64,000 nucleotides of DNA, from contig OZ244823.1 of the NCBI GenBank assembly GCA_965220365.1, positions 81,650 through 145,649 on the forward strand. The letters run 5' to 3'. Positions 63,827-64,000 of this stretch are shown piece after piece. A model generated the notes under the pieces. The model was not told the origin of the DNA, ran no database searches, and was given only the letters and a program-made list of their open reading frames with translations. The translations under genes and the position numbers were made by a program. This stretch comes from Rhodothermales bacterium (GTDB lineage Bacteria; Bacteroidota; Rhodothermia; Rhodothermales; Bin80). The number at the start of each line of letters is the position of its first letter. Positions within the stretch are counted from its first letter, which is position 1.

Positions 63827-64000
63827 TCAACGCGCGTGATGCTGTAAAGGTTCTGCCAGTAAGCGTGTAATGAAAAGTGTCATGATTGAACGGGGGCTAC
63901 GCTTGGAAAATCCTTTGATTTCGCTATCGGTACTCAAAAGCAGTTGGATTGCCCGCTTGACTTCTGGAAGTGGCCAGCTACTGATGGCCTCGTGATACCG
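63827..64000 (-). CDS. 3' end (57 codons) of a gene running off the window; DNA polymerase III delta (HolA)-like C-terminus (tentative)
   Basis: Open frame from 64000 to the TGA at 63827-63829. ..SWPLPEVKRAIQLLLSTDSEIKGFSKRSPRSIMTLFITRLLA resembles the HolA domain III tail. Confidence 0.35.
   Translation of the reverse strand, partial: RYHEAISSWPLPEVKRAIQLLLSTDSEIKGFSKRSPRSIMTLFITRLLAEPLQHHAR

Overview
64-kb chromosomal window with a roughly 50% GC backbone. It probably comes from a Bacteroidota/Rhodothermota/Balneolota-like (FCB group) bacterium. This is inferred from a short 279-aa SigA/RpoD-type primary sigma factor, a long Bacteroidetes-style RpoZ and a T9SS-type C-terminal sorting domain.

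The backbone is housekeeping: xthA, polA, ligA, recG, uvrA, rpoZ, rpoD and a holA-like 3' end. These are interleaved with envelope and secreted functions: two Cys-type sulfatases plus an FGE maturase, a TolC/MacA-like/ABC-ATPase efflux operon, an MsbA-like ABC exporter, an OMP and a PQQ dehydrogenase with a T9SS tail.

Five plastic regions stand out:
1. 55.0-63.2 kb: a tandem triplication of a double-beta-propeller (FG-GAP-like + LVIVD/choice-of-anchor-B) secreted protein gene. The inter-copy spacers are fossils of the neighbouring rpoD gene (an internal coding piece plus its 5' flank), and the outer junction abuts tRNA-Val.
2. 9.97-23.5 kb: a 4,508-aa Calx-beta-repeat protein ending in an autotransporter-type beta-barrel. 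It is built from near-identical 324-bp repeats with higher-order duplications.
3. 23.5-26.9 kb: a fully reconstructable nested insertion (an IS1634-like element inside an IS5-like element) about 50-80 bp upstream of the giant gene.
4. 41.2-43.45 kb: a decayed accessory/defence islet holding an IS remnant with abutted termini, a DUF1016 nuclease fragment and a DUF1156 methylase fragment with a TGG>TGA nonsense codon.
5. 1-855: two inverted copies of a MITE-like repeat bracketing a small membrane coiled-coil ORF that contains in-frame tandem repeats.

No CRISPR array, rRNA or intact defence system was seen. All family calls come from motif recognition by eye, not database searches.
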